Source of the DNA: Candidatus Poseidoniaceae archaeon
Lineage (GTDB): Archaea > Thermoplasmatota > Poseidoniia > Poseidoniales > Poseidoniaceae
Length of the DNA: 64,000 bases
Reading direction: 5' to 3'
Assembly: GCA_949373235.1 (NCBI GenBank)
Contig: CASICQ010000007.1
Coordinates: 1,030-65,029 of the forward strand
The position numbers were made by a program, and so were the translations under genes. The notes beneath the pieces were generated by a model that saw only the letters and a program-made list of their open reading frames with translations, was not told where the DNA came from and did no database searches. Each line of letters opens with the position of its first letter. The first letter of the stretch is position 1. Shown here piece by piece: positions 38,086 through 47,838 of this stretch.

Positions 38086-39327
38086 CTAAGCGTTCGTCTC
38101 TTCGCGCTCGTCAATTTCGAAGGCATCGTTTGGAACATCGAGAATGGCTTGCCTCAATGACGCTCGCAATTTTGTGAGTTCCCCATAACAAACAAGAATG
38201 TCATCCCAGCGCAGCTGAATTTCGTTTGGAGGGTTCCAAATTAGGCTGTTGTCCCGGGAAAGTGCGAAAACAGGAATTTCCGCTTCTGATTTGAATAAAC
38301 TTGCGAGCGGCTTGCCCACCACATTCGGGTGGTTTCGAATTTGAAGGGAGAGGACGCCAGCCCCTGGGACGGTGCGAAGCAACTGATCTAAATCGACTTC
38401 AGAGAATTCTGTTTCGCTCATGACATAGTCGATAATCGCTCCTGCGACGTTGACGCCGCTTGCTTTCTCAATGCCTTCAAGTCCGGGCGAGGAGTTGACT
38501 TCCAACACGAGTGGGCCATCGTCGGATTCAAGCAAATCCACTCCAGCAACATGCAGACCAAGCACTCGAGCAGCGCGACACGCTGCTTCTTCGAAATCCG
38601 GGGGCAAATCGACTTTTTCGACCGTCCCGTTCAGGTGATAGTTGGAACGAAATTCCCGCCCGCGCGCTCGCCGTCGCATGCTCGCAACCACTCGGTCGCC
38701 AACCACCAGAGCGCGCACATCTTTCCCGTGGGATTCGGCAATGTATTCTTGCACCAGAACGGCCCGCCCTGTCAGCAACAAACCTTGTACGAGGTTGTTT
38801 GCTTCACGGAGGGTGTGCCGAAGAAAGACACCTTGGCCTTGTGTTCCCTGTGTGACCTTGATGACAACAGGGAGCCCTCCAACGAAGTCCACAGCCGTTT
38901 CCACATCGATGATGTCCCTGACATAGGTTGTGCGAGGAACGGGGAGTCTGTTCCGAGCGAGGATTTGCGAAGCATGCAACTTATCACGGCTCTGAAGGAT
39001 GCCCCCCCCGCTGTTTGCAGTCCATATGCCCAGTTGCTCCAAATGGCGCAAAACGGCCACGCCGTGCTTGGTGATCGAGTGTCCGATTCGAGGGATCACC
39101 GCATCGAAATTGAAGGGCTCGCCGTTGTGGAGTACGTCGATCCTACCGTCAGCGACAAAAAGTGAAAACTTCATCGGGTCCGCAACATAGGGGTCGAGGC
39201 CTCTCTTTCTCGCTTCCTCAACGAGGCGTCGAGTGCTGTACAAGCGCGGCCCTCTTGAGAGGATCGCCAACCGAAGGTCAGAGCGAGACGCATCATTGAC
39301 GCGGTGCTGCTCATCTTCTGTGCTCAT
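38086..39327 (-). CDS. RimK family ATP-grasp amino acid ligase with C-terminal TrkA-C/RCK_C-like domain
   Basis: YSTRRL, AVIPRIG, SRDKL, GTQGQGV, QEYI, FRSNYH, LEVNSSPGLEGIE; extra ~90-aa tail (VGKPL...PVFALSRD...P...L...DILV). Confidence 0.9.
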   Translation of the reverse strand: MSTEDEQHRVNDASRSDLRLAILSRGPRLYSTRRLVEEARKRGLDPYVADPMKFSLFVADGRIDVLHNGEPFNFDAVIPRIGHSITKHGVAVLRHLEQLGIWTANSGGGILQSRDKLHASQILARNRLPVPRTTYVRDIIDVETAVDFVGGLPVVIKVTQGTQGQGVFLRHTLREANNLVQGLLLTGRAVLVQEYIAESHGKDVRALVVGDRVVASMRRRARGREFRSNYHLNGTVEKVDLPPDFEEAACRAARVLGLHVAGVDLLESDDGPLVLEVNSSPGLEGIEKASGVNVAGAIIDYVMSETEFSEVDLDQLLRTVPGAGVLSLQIRNHPNVVGKPLASLFKSEAEIPVFALSRDNSLIWNPPNEIQLRWDDILVCYGELTKLRASLRQAILDVPNDAFEIDEREETNA

Positions 39328-39382
39328 ATCCCCTCGACGAAGGAACGCGCCTTTCAAGTGCTCGCTTGGAATCGGAACAAAC

Positions 39383-40405
39383 ATGTCAGAAGAACAGGTC
39401 GAGACCACTGCGGCAGAACCAACTGTAGACGCTGACCGGGATGAAGAAGTTCAAGCCATGACGCTTGAACAACGCCAAGAGGCTCTCAAACAATCCCGCT
39501 GGAACGTTTTTTTGTGGCTCGGTATTGCGGTCTTGATGTTTGGTTTCGCTCTTTTCCCAATGTCCTTTGACGAAAGTTATGACGGCTTCACCAACTCTGC
39601 TGAGAAAGACATAGGTTGGGTTTGGGGGCCTTCGCTTCCAGGTGAAGATTTCATGGATGTACCATTGACGATCGACGCCACAGTGCAAAATCCACCGGCT
39701 GAAATTGATGTCCACCTTGCCGCTTATGCCTTGCAAGAGAAAGATTGCGCTCAAAATTTAGGGGCACAGACAGAACTTGCTCGCACAGGGACAGACCACA
39801 ATTACCAGTACATTTTGCTTGAAGAACCGCCTGTTGCAGGCGGAGAATACACCTTCGATTTCAAACTCGATTCCGGACACTACTGTGTGGTTGTGCAATT
39901 TGTCAACAGCGATGGAAGCAACATCGGTGACGCGTCAACAAGCATGACCATCGACGGCGCTGTGTATCCAAATCAAGTGATTGCGGGTATTTTTGGCATC
40001 GTTTGCTTGAGCCTCTCTGCGTTTGCCTTTATTGGTGCACAACGTCATGGGGAATCGGTCAGAAGCTTGCTTGAAGGGGATTTGGAAACCACTGAAACCA
40101 AGGTGCTTGCATCAATTTCAAGCGAGCGAATTGCTGCCGGTCCTGCCGCTGGCCCTCCTGGTGCCGATGGCCCTGCTGGCCCACCCGACGCAAGCGGGCC
40201 GAGCGGCCCGCCACAAAAGGCGGAACCCGCCACCCCTGAATCACCACCCGCTGATGCACCCATTGGCGATCAGGCGGCTGAACAAAGCTACACCTACGAG
40301 CCGGCTGAAAATGGATACTTCTTCCGAAAGATGCCAGATGGATCTTACGATCAAACCGTCTATGTGCAAAACGAAGACGGAACCTACAGCCCACATGAGG
40401 CTTGA
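39383..40405 (+). CDS. Two-TM membrane protein with Pro/Gly-rich cytoplasmic tail
   Basis: Two TM helices around an extracellular loop; GPP repeats; C-terminal aromatic DG(S/T)Y repeats. Confidence 0.75.
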   Translation: MSEEQVETTAAEPTVDADRDEEVQAMTLEQRQEALKQSRWNVFLWLGIAVLMFGFALFPMSFDESYDGFTNSAEKDIGWVWGPSLPGEDFMDVPLTIDATVQNPPAEIDVHLAAYALQEKDCAQNLGAQTELARTGTDHNYQYILLEEPPVAGGEYTFDFKLDSGHYCVVVQFVNSDGSNIGDASTSMTIDGAVYPNQVIAGIFGIVCLSLSAFAFIGAQRHGESVRSLLEGDLETTETKVLASISSERIAAGPAAGPPGADGPAGPPDASGPSGPPQKAEPATPESPPADAPIGDQAAEQSYTYEPAENGYFFRKMPDGSYDQTVYVQNEDGTYSPHEA

Positions 40406-40503
40406 CCGCTCGTTTTCACCTCAGCCAAAACCCATGCTTGGGGGTGCTCATGGAGCGCCATCCTTGAAAGGGATAGCCGACAGGCCTCAATTGGGGTTCA
40501 AGC

Positions 40504-42633
40504 ATGAGCGATGATGTAGCATCGACATTAACGGTTGCTAAACTGAAGGCCCTATGCATTCTCAATGACCTGTCAACCTCAGGAAAAAAGAGTGAATTGG
40601 TCGCTCGTTTGCTGAAAGCTGATCTCACTCACAAGGAAGTGGGCCTGCCCGAACAAGCAGCACCTGAAATCGAAGTGGAGGCGGAACAAGACGAATTTGT
40701 TATGTCCATGGAAGATGAAGACACCCTCACCCCCGATGTCGAGCCGGAAAAGGAACAAAGGGAACCGGCTAAGGTGGAAAAGGTCGACGTCTTGGAAGCT
40801 GAAATCCTCGAGGCCGATTTGGTCGAGGAGGAGGCGCCCGTGCCTGCACCAGTCAAGGTCAAGAAAGGCGTTGGTAGCGCACAACCCGCAACCTTACTGG
40901 ACATCATCAAGAGGCCTCAGGTTGCTGCCGGATTAATGGCACTGATCATCTTGGGCGCTGGTGGTTATTATTACATCAACAACCAACTTGAACCGTTTAC
41001 TGCAGACCAATTGCGCTACGGTGATGAGATGCGGTACACCATAAAAGACGGAACCTTCCTCGCCACAGACGGCTTTGTAGAATTGGCATTGGAACAGCTT
41101 GAAACCGAGGATGAAATTTGTAAATTCTCCTTGCTGTTTGAAGGCGATGGGACGCTTGCGATTACGGAAGGTGGCACCGATCAATTGTACGCAGAAGGAT
41201 CGACCGACCGCCTTGGAGCGGTTGTGGCGAAAGGCGGCATGGGTGGCCAGTGGTTGGCCGTTGAGAGCATCAACAGCAACACCCTCGACAAGTTCACGGT
41301 TCAACGCCACCTTACCAACGCCTTCAATGGCTGTTCTTCGACCTACATTCGCGCTGACGGGAGTGCGGAAATTACCACCAAACAACACACTGAACTGAGG
41401 GAGCAAGCCATGCTTTCCACTCAAGCAGATTGGGAGGTTGATTTGCCAGATCCAATTGGTCAATACCGCGGCACGACGGTAAGTTATGGCGTGGGTGGAT
41501 TGCTTGGTGGCTTGGAATCATTAGCTCCTGGTTTTGCAATGATGTTGCAACCAATTGAGGTTGAGGATTTGCTCGGCAACAGCTTGATTGATGTCGGTGC
41601 CAGCGGCAGCAGCAATGGCTGGGATTGGCGGGTCATCGGCATTGATGAATTTTCCAACAACGCCGCGTGGAAGGTGATCGCCACTCACCAAGACATCAAA
41701 ACATACTGCCTAGGCTCCGCTACGATGGAACTGTGGATTGAAGAAGGCAACCCTTGGGCGGCGAAACAAAAGGTCGATGTGGTCATTTCAAGTTCTTCGA
41801 CAAATCAACAAGACTGTTCGACAACCTCGCAAATACTCAACGATCTGGTGTTGCCAGAAGGTGAATTGGAACTGCACCATGTCTTCGAACGCACGTCCAT
41901 TGAACGCGGTCAAAAGCAACTGGATTTGGGCAGATCGTATTCTTCCCGTCCTCAAGCCAATCAATTGCAAATCGATGAAAAGGATTTGAACAGTTGGGGT
42001 GGAAACGAGCCGCATATGCCCGATGAAACCACAATGCGTTCGCACGATTTTGAACTGGCAATCGGCTGCTTTGATTACTTCCAAGGCGAAGCGAGTGGCG
42101 CAACAAATGCCATCGACGACAGCGGCTACATCTGGCGAGCAACAACAAAGGACACGGCTCAAGGCAGTGAATGGAACATGTCATGGGTGGCCCAAGATGA
42201 AAGCGCTGGATGGATTAAGTTCAATCTCACGGGAACGCCGAGCGAAAGCGCTTGTGAGTTCACAGAAAAAGGAGTCTTTGATGACAGCGTTGCGTTCAAC
42301 AGGGATGCAATCCCCGCAACGCTCAACATTTCCACCATGGAACAACGCCTGTCTGATGCGGTGTTGTATGAGCAACTTAGCGGAACCGACCAGTTCTTTA
42401 CTTCCTCTGGCACTTTTGCCACAGATGTTCAGGTCGGCTATCTTGTCGTGGTGCCCGGCGGCGATCTCAACACTCTGCTCTCAAACCTCGCTAGCGATGC
42501 TGACGGTGCGGTTTCAATCGATATGTCGCGAACATGGGACGGCAACGACGGATGGGCGAATCAACTGAACCTCCTCGCCGATGCAAATGAAGGCCGTTTG
42601 CTTGGATGGAGCCTGATTCAGCAGCCGCAATAA
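40504..42633 (+). CDS. SAP-domain single-pass membrane protein
   Basis: N-terminal LTVAKLKALC...LSTSGKKSELVARL SAP consensus, acidic linker, TM AAGLMALIILGAGGYYY, large Cys-containing C-terminal domain. Confidence 0.82.
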   Translation: MSDDVASTLTVAKLKALCILNDLSTSGKKSELVARLLKADLTHKEVGLPEQAAPEIEVEAEQDEFVMSMEDEDTLTPDVEPEKEQREPAKVEKVDVLEAEILEADLVEEEAPVPAPVKVKKGVGSAQPATLLDIIKRPQVAAGLMALIILGAGGYYYINNQLEPFTADQLRYGDEMRYTIKDGTFLATDGFVELALEQLETEDEICKFSLLFEGDGTLAITEGGTDQLYAEGSTDRLGAVVAKGGMGGQWLAVESINSNTLDKFTVQRHLTNAFNGCSSTYIRADGSAEITTKQHTELREQAMLSTQADWEVDLPDPIGQYRGTTVSYGVGGLLGGLESLAPGFAMMLQPIEVEDLLGNSLIDVGASGSSNGWDWRVIGIDEFSNNAAWKVIATHQDIKTYCLGSATMELWIEEGNPWAAKQKVDVVISSSSTNQQDCSTTSQILNDLVLPEGELELHHVFERTSIERGQKQLDLGRSYSSRPQANQLQIDEKDLNSWGGNEPHMPDETTMRSHDFELAIGCFDYFQGEASGATNAIDDSGYIWRATTKDTAQGSEWNMSWVAQDESAGWIKFNLTGTPSESACEFTEKGVFDDSVAFNRDAIPATLNISTMEQRLSDAVLYEQLSGTDQFFTSSGTFATDVQVGYLVVVPGGDLNTLLSNLASDADGAVSIDMSRTWDGNDGWANQLNLLADANEGRLLGWSLIQQPQ

Positions 42634-42640
42634 GCGCTCA

Positions 42641-45600
42641 TTACCGGCGAGGGTCGTACGGTGGCAGGCTTCCTAAATCAGGGGCAGAGGGCACGCTTGC
42701 AAACTGCGGTGGCGCATAGGCCTGAGGTGCTTGAGTGAAGGCGCTTTGTTTGGCTTGCTTTGGACGGCGAGGCCGTGTGACAAGGAATGCCAACAATGCG
42801 ATGACAAAGACGACCGCTGAGACGACAAGAAGAGCGTTGTTTTCCAACGTCGCTAGGAACTCTGTCGCTTCACTGGCGTTGGTTTCATCATCAACAACCG
42901 GGACCGGTGGTGGCGGGTTCCATACGAGGTAGGTAATCGACCATCGAACACTGATTTGACCGCGCTCGTCGCTTATTGTCGCGGTGATCGATTCTGGGCC
43001 AACAGTTCCGTTTGTGTCGCAAAGGTATTGACCAAACTCAGAGGCCGGAGACGAGCAATTGAAGGCTTGTTCCTCAAACACCCATCCTGTCGCAATCACC
43101 GTGTTGTTCCTGTACCACTGAACGGTTGGGTTGAGCCTCTCGAGGCTTTGATTGTCAAGGGAGACAGAGAGGGACAGCTGAAGTGTATCATTTGTTGCGT
43201 TCAAGGTCAGGCTTCGAAATTGTGGCGAGGCGGAAACGTAGGCTGAACGATCGATGTCCTGATCAATCAAGCCATCGCAGTCATCGTCGAGGCCGTTCCA
43301 ACGCTCATTGGCGGAAGGCGAAATGAGACTGTTATTGTCGTCGCAATCGTTGAACCAACGGTAACTGTCCCCATCGTTGTCAAGGTCGGGATAGAGTGGG
43401 TCTGTGTTGGTGGAAAAGAGTTCAATGCCATCAAGCAAGCCGTCCCCGTCGGTATCGGGATCAAACGGGTCGGTGCCGTAAACCAGGTACTCTTCCATAT
43501 CCAAGAGGCCGTCGAAGTCAGCGTCTGTGTCGATGAAATCTTCATCGATCTCCCCGTTGCAGTTGTTGTCGAGGCCATCCAAGGCTTCAGCCATACCGGG
43601 GTTGAACGAGGCGTTTGTATCGTCGCAGTCTTGGAACCAATAGTACCCGTCCATGTCTGAATCGTTGTCTTTGACAAGAGGATTGGTGAGGTGAATCAAA
43701 ACTTCTGCCCCATCTTCGAGTCCGTCGTCATCCGAGTCATCGTTTTGCCAATCGGTGCCGTAATCATGGTACTCTTCGAAGTCGTACAGGCCGTCGCCGT
43801 CCACATCTGTGAGGTTGAAACCTTCATCCCAGGTGCCGTTGCAGTCGTCATCGATGCCGTTCAGCACCTCGAGGGCATCAGGGTAGACATCCGGGTTTGA
43901 ATCGTTGCAGTCTTGGAACCAATAGAACCCATCTGCGTCCGCGTCCGCATCGAACACAAGTGGATTTGTCCCGTAGATGTTCACTTCATCGCCATCTGAC
44001 AAAAGATCGTCGTCGGTATCGTTGTCGAGCGGGTCTGTCCCATTTACGAGCACTTCTTGCCCGTCGTCAAGACCGTCCATGTCCGTGTCAGTGGAGAGCG
44101 GATCTGTTCCATAAACGAGCACCTCCAGGCCGTCATTTAGTTCATCATCATCCGTGTCAATGTCGTTGGGGTCGGTGCCGTAGACGTCTGTTTCATTGGC
44201 ATCGCTGAGGTTATCACCGTCTGAATCGAGGTTTATCTGCGTTCCATGAATGATGAGTTCCCATTCCTCGAGGGTCCCGGTGTCGCCGTAGCCTTGATCT
44301 TCGACCGATAATGTCCACGTGCCTCGGCTGTCTTCGCCCCAGTGTTGAACGGAGCCGAAGCGCCAATTGTTGTAGTCGTTGTTTTCGTCATCGTGTTTTT
44401 CAGAAAGAATGCTTTGGTGGCCCGATGGGCTTGTCAAAGTGAGCGCGATATCGCCACGGAAGTTATGCGGAATGTCGACGATGACATCGAGGTTTTCGAT
44501 TTGAATCGCTTCGGTCACTGTTGTGTTGACCTCGATGTAACCCTCGTCCCGGTCAGGGATATCGAGGTCGGTTTGGAGGGTCCCTGATGAAACTGAAAGT
44601 TCTTGATCTGCGGTTTCCCAATTGGCCGCCGCGGCGACCGCTGCTCCAGCGTCAATCACGCCGTAGCCGTACTTGTGGCTCACGAGGTAGCCTGCCCCAT
44701 TGGTGGCCCAAGAGTTGTCATTTGGATCGTTTTGTTTGGAGGTTTCGACGAGAATATGTTGAACATCTCGCCACGTGAGGTTCGCATTTGCTTCAAGCAT
44801 CAAGGCGATAATACCTGAAACAAGCGGGGTTGCAGAAGAGGTCCCGCCAAATGTGCTGGTGTAGTCGGTGCTGCTGTAACCGCCAGATCCTTCGATGTCT
44901 GTGGTGGTGATGCTCTCCCCATCGCCATTTGAGGGCGAGGCAACAAGCACATTTGCTCCCGGTTCAGCGTAGTATGATTGTTGGCCCTTGTGGTCCACTG
45001 CGGTGACCGCAATGGTGTATCGCAAGTTCGCATAGCCGTCATTGTTCGAATTGTCATCGTCGTCGAGTCCGTTTCCTGCCGCCCATGTAATGATGCTTCC
45101 AAGACCGTTTCTCCCTTGAAGCGCCCCTGATTCAAGGGCAGCGAGCATCAATGGGCCTGGCCCAGCAAGGGTTTCGCCGTTGTCACTCGGGCCCCAAGAA
45201 TTGGAATAAATGTCAATGGCTTGGCGTTCGTGGCTCAACGTGTCTGCCTCTCGCACGTCGGTTGTGCTGCATGAAATGAGTTGGAGTCCGACGAGGGTTG
45301 CCTCCGGGGCAGCGCCAGTTACCCCGATGCCATTGTTGCCAGTTGCGGCAGCAACACCACCGGCTGCTGTTCCGTGCGCGTTGTTCGAGGTTGGTGTTGG
45401 GTCATCGTCGTTGTTGCAGAAATCATAATCCAAGCTGGAATCATAATCTGTAAAGATGTCCGGGTGGTTCCAATCCAAGCCATCATCGACAATCCCTATG
45501 ACCACCCCTGCGCCTTTGTAGGTGTTCCATGCACCAGTGATGTTGACGTCTTCGCCGCTGGTACCGCCGGTTTGCCCGGTGTTGACGAGGTGCCATTGTT

Positions 45601-46048
45601 CGTTGAATTTAGAATCGTTTGGCGTCCATCTCGGTTCCATTGTCCGTTCGATAAGCGGGTAGGCTGCTTCGATGACCCCCTTCTGTTGCCATGCCTCAAG
45701 GGTCTTCAGTGCCTCTTCTGCATTCAACTGGACGACGAACGCCCCCTCGAGGTGTTCGGTTGGAATCCCCATCTCAAGGTACGAGAACACAACCCATTCG
45801 TTTACGCTTAACAGGTCTGATTCCTCGTAGATGGAGAGATCGCTGTGGAACGCGATTGAGGCGCGTACCGATGAAGAATAGCCATCGATGATTGGGTGGT
45901 CTTGAGCGGAAGAGAGAGGGGCTCCTTCAGCGGTAGAAGGTGAGGTGAATGCGAGCGATGCCCCAGCCATCGGCACCAGCATGGCGCCAAGCAACATGAG
46001 GCACATGAATTTGGCACGCATGGATTTTCCTCCTTTCCGGACCGTCAT
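42641..46048 (-). CDS. Kexin/furin-like S8 serine protease with P domain, Ca-binding DxDxDG repeats, Cys-containing metal-binding repeats and C-terminal TM anchor
   Basis: Triad IVDDG / HGT / GTSSAT, SNSWGP, WAAGNG, LTWRDVQH, WGE...GTW P domain; DTDxDGLxDGxE and DCxDxN...NGxDDDC repeats. Confidence 0.93.
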   Translation of the reverse strand: MTVRKGGKSMRAKFMCLMLLGAMLVPMAGASLAFTSPSTAEGAPLSSAQDHPIIDGYSSSVRASIAFHSDLSIYEESDLLSVNEWVVFSYLEMGIPTEHLEGAFVVQLNAEEALKTLEAWQQKGVIEAAYPLIERTMEPRWTPNDSKFNEQWHLVNTGQTGGTSGEDVNITGAWNTYKGAGVVIGIVDDGLDWNHPDIFTDYDSSLDYDFCNNDDDPTPTSNNAHGTAAGGVAAATGNNGIGVTGAAPEATLVGLQLISCSTTDVREADTLSHERQAIDIYSNSWGPSDNGETLAGPGPLMLAALESGALQGRNGLGSIITWAAGNGLDDDDNSNNDGYANLRYTIAVTAVDHKGQQSYYAEPGANVLVASPSNGDGESITTTDIEGSGGYSSTDYTSTFGGTSSATPLVSGIIALMLEANANLTWRDVQHILVETSKQNDPNDNSWATNGAGYLVSHKYGYGVIDAGAAVAAAANWETADQELSVSSGTLQTDLDIPDRDEGYIEVNTTVTEAIQIENLDVIVDIPHNFRGDIALTLTSPSGHQSILSEKHDDENNDYNNWRFGSVQHWGEDSRGTWTLSVEDQGYGDTGTLEEWELIIHGTQINLDSDGDNLSDANETDVYGTDPNDIDTDDDELNDGLEVLVYGTDPLSTDTDMDGLDDGQEVLVNGTDPLDNDTDDDLLSDGDEVNIYGTNPLVFDADADADGFYWFQDCNDSNPDVYPDALEVLNGIDDDCNGTWDEGFNLTDVDGDGLYDFEEYHDYGTDWQNDDSDDDGLEDGAEVLIHLTNPLVKDNDSDMDGYYWFQDCDDTNASFNPGMAEALDGLDNNCNGEIDEDFIDTDADFDGLLDMEEYLVYGTDPFDPDTDGDGLLDGIELFSTNTDPLYPDLDNDGDSYRWFNDCDDNNSLISPSANERWNGLDDDCDGLIDQDIDRSAYVSASPQFRSLTLNATNDTLQLSLSVSLDNQSLERLNPTVQWYRNNTVIATGWVFEEQAFNCSSPASEFGQYLCDTNGTVGPESITATISDERGQISVRWSITYLVWNPPPPVPVVDDETNASEATEFLATLENNALLVVSAVVFVIALLAFLVTRPRRPKQAKQSAFTQAPQAYAPPQFASVPSAPDLGSLPPYDPRR

Positions 46049-46084
46049 AATGCTACCCCTGCTCTGTTTGTTGGATGGAGGCGG

Positions 46085-46786
46085 TCATGGAGAGGGGTGC
46101 GAACGACTGAGGCGGTTTGCCAGCGATTCAATCGTTTCCTCATCGGATTGCAGGGAACGAATGTAGCGCGGGATGGTGTGCGAAGAGTGTTCGAGTTCCG
46201 ACAAGGTCCCAACCCATTCAAGCGCATGGGTTGGTCTCGCCAGCGAAGCATCTTGGGTCGAGTGGACGGTCCACACTGAACACCCATCGCCGTCTTCCGA
46301 TGCGGTCTGGAGGCAAAACTTCTGAGGCAACGGAGATGAATGGCAGGTCAGGTCGTTGCGGTTGACATGCTCTACAATGCAATCGTTGACCACATAAGAC
46401 GCCCCCATGGATTCCAGCGCCTCGATGGAGGGTTGGTCTTCTGCGCCCCGTTGAAACCAGACGAGGGGAAAGGTTTGATGATCGAGCCTGATGATCATGT
46501 CCCGAACCACGTTTCGTGCTCGCTGAGGGGCCAAAAAAAGAACAACAACATCAGGCTGCAGTCCTTCATCGACGTGCGGGCGGATTGGGAAACCACCAAC
46601 CGTTGCACCTGCATCTCTTGGGTGAAGTGGTGCGCATGCCCAGCCACGCTCTCGAAGTTCCAAAACCGCTTGGTGGGCAGGGCGCTCAGGGTTTAGACCA
46701 GCACCAAAAACATGAATGCACTGAGTTTCAACCACGCATTTGCTCAATTGTGAAGGCTCCAAAGAGGAGGTTCCTTCGAAGTGCAT
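46085..46786 (-). CDS. CoA-binding domain protein (YccU-like) with C-terminal extension
   Basis: VFGAGLNPERPA, PLHP, VVVLFLAP, VWFQRGA, DCI. Confidence 0.8.
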   Translation of the reverse strand: MHFEGTSSLEPSQLSKCVVETQCIHVFGAGLNPERPAHQAVLELRERGWACAPLHPRDAGATVGGFPIRPHVDEGLQPDVVVLFLAPQRARNVVRDMIIRLDHQTFPLVWFQRGAEDQPSIEALESMGASYVVNDCIVEHVNRNDLTCHSSPLPQKFCLQTASEDGDGCSVWTVHSTQDASLARPTHALEWVGTLSELEHSSHTIPRYIRSLQSDEETIESLANRLSRSHPSP

Positions 46787-46841
46787 AAAGAAAAATCTCG
46801 TTCGATGACTTATCAAAACTTGTACAGCGGCTAGCGCAGCG

Positions 46842-47828
46842 TTGTTCAGCAATTGGTTTCAAGTTGATGAACCGTTAGGGGCAACTGTGACCGGAGCATC
46901 GCGACCCCCTCACGACCGTGGGCATGTCTTGTGGTCTGCTGAAGATGGGCCGACGCGTATGCTCCAAGCAAGTTTTGATCGTTGGGTCGGGTCTGTTCTT
47001 GCCGATGATGGCATTGATATGCCGTTCATGGGCGGGGCTCAGGCCGTTGAAGCAACAATCATCAGCAAGGCCGATGGCATCGTTGTTGGAACCGCAGCAA
47101 TCGACCATATGTTGCAAATTTGGGCCCCTTCGCTGAAGATCACTTGGATGGCCAGTGATGGCAAAAAGGTATCCGTAGGCGATGAAATCGCAAGCATCAA
47201 CGGTGACAGAGAAACGGTTCTCATGATGGAACGAAGCATACTCAACATCCTTGGTCAACTCTCAGGAATCGCCACGGAAGCAAAACGCTGGTCTGCGATT
47301 GCACCAGGACAAATTGCCTGCACTCGCAAGACAATTTGGGGATTGATGGATAAATGGGCCGTGCACCTCGGCGGAGGGCTCACCCATCGATTGAATCGGG
47401 CTGACGCTCAAATGGTCAAAGAAAACGATCTTGCATCAATGCTTGATGGCGTTGACGGGCATGCGAATCGAATCGCTCAGTACCTCCAAGAGGTAGATGT
47501 TTCAACATGTGGAGCGTTTCTGGAAGTTGAGGTCCGCGAAGGGAAGGAAGCCATCATTGCTGCAGCCATGTGGGCGCAACGCCGGGAAGAAGGCGTGAAA
47601 AAACTCGTCATTATGCTGGACAATTTTGGCCCAGAGCGATGCAAGGAAGTCGCCGCTGAACTCACAGAAATGGGCCTCAGAGAACACGTTGTTTTGGAAG
47701 CGAGTGGCGGTATTGAATTCGAACACCTCGACCAGTGGCACGAATGTGGTCTGGATGTACTCTCTACAAGCGCCATCAACAGGGGCGTTGCCCCGCTTGA
47801 TGTGTCCATGTTGATCACCGGCGCTTGA
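46842..47828 (+). CDS. nadC: Quinolinate phosphoribosyltransferase (start uncertain)
   Basis: ERSILN...LSGIAT, CTRKT, GGGLTHR, IMLDNF, EASGGI. Confidence 0.9.
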   Translation: MFSNWFQVDEPLGATVTGASRPPHDRGHVLWSAEDGPTRMLQASFDRWVGSVLADDGIDMPFMGGAQAVEATIISKADGIVVGTAAIDHMLQIWAPSLKITWMASDGKKVSVGDEIASINGDRETVLMMERSILNILGQLSGIATEAKRWSAIAPGQIACTRKTIWGLMDKWAVHLGGGLTHRLNRADAQMVKENDLASMLDGVDGHANRIAQYLQEVDVSTCGAFLEVEVREGKEAIIAAAMWAQRREEGVKKLVIMLDNFGPERCKEVAAELTEMGLREHVVLEASGGIEFEHLDQWHECGLDVLSTSAINRGVAPLDVSMLITGA

Positions 47829-47838
47829 GGTGTGATTC

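Noticed and set aside
43260-44230. Periodic GTCGTC/GCCGTC-rich sequence
   Set aside because: Explained by the Asp-rich repeats of the S8 protease.
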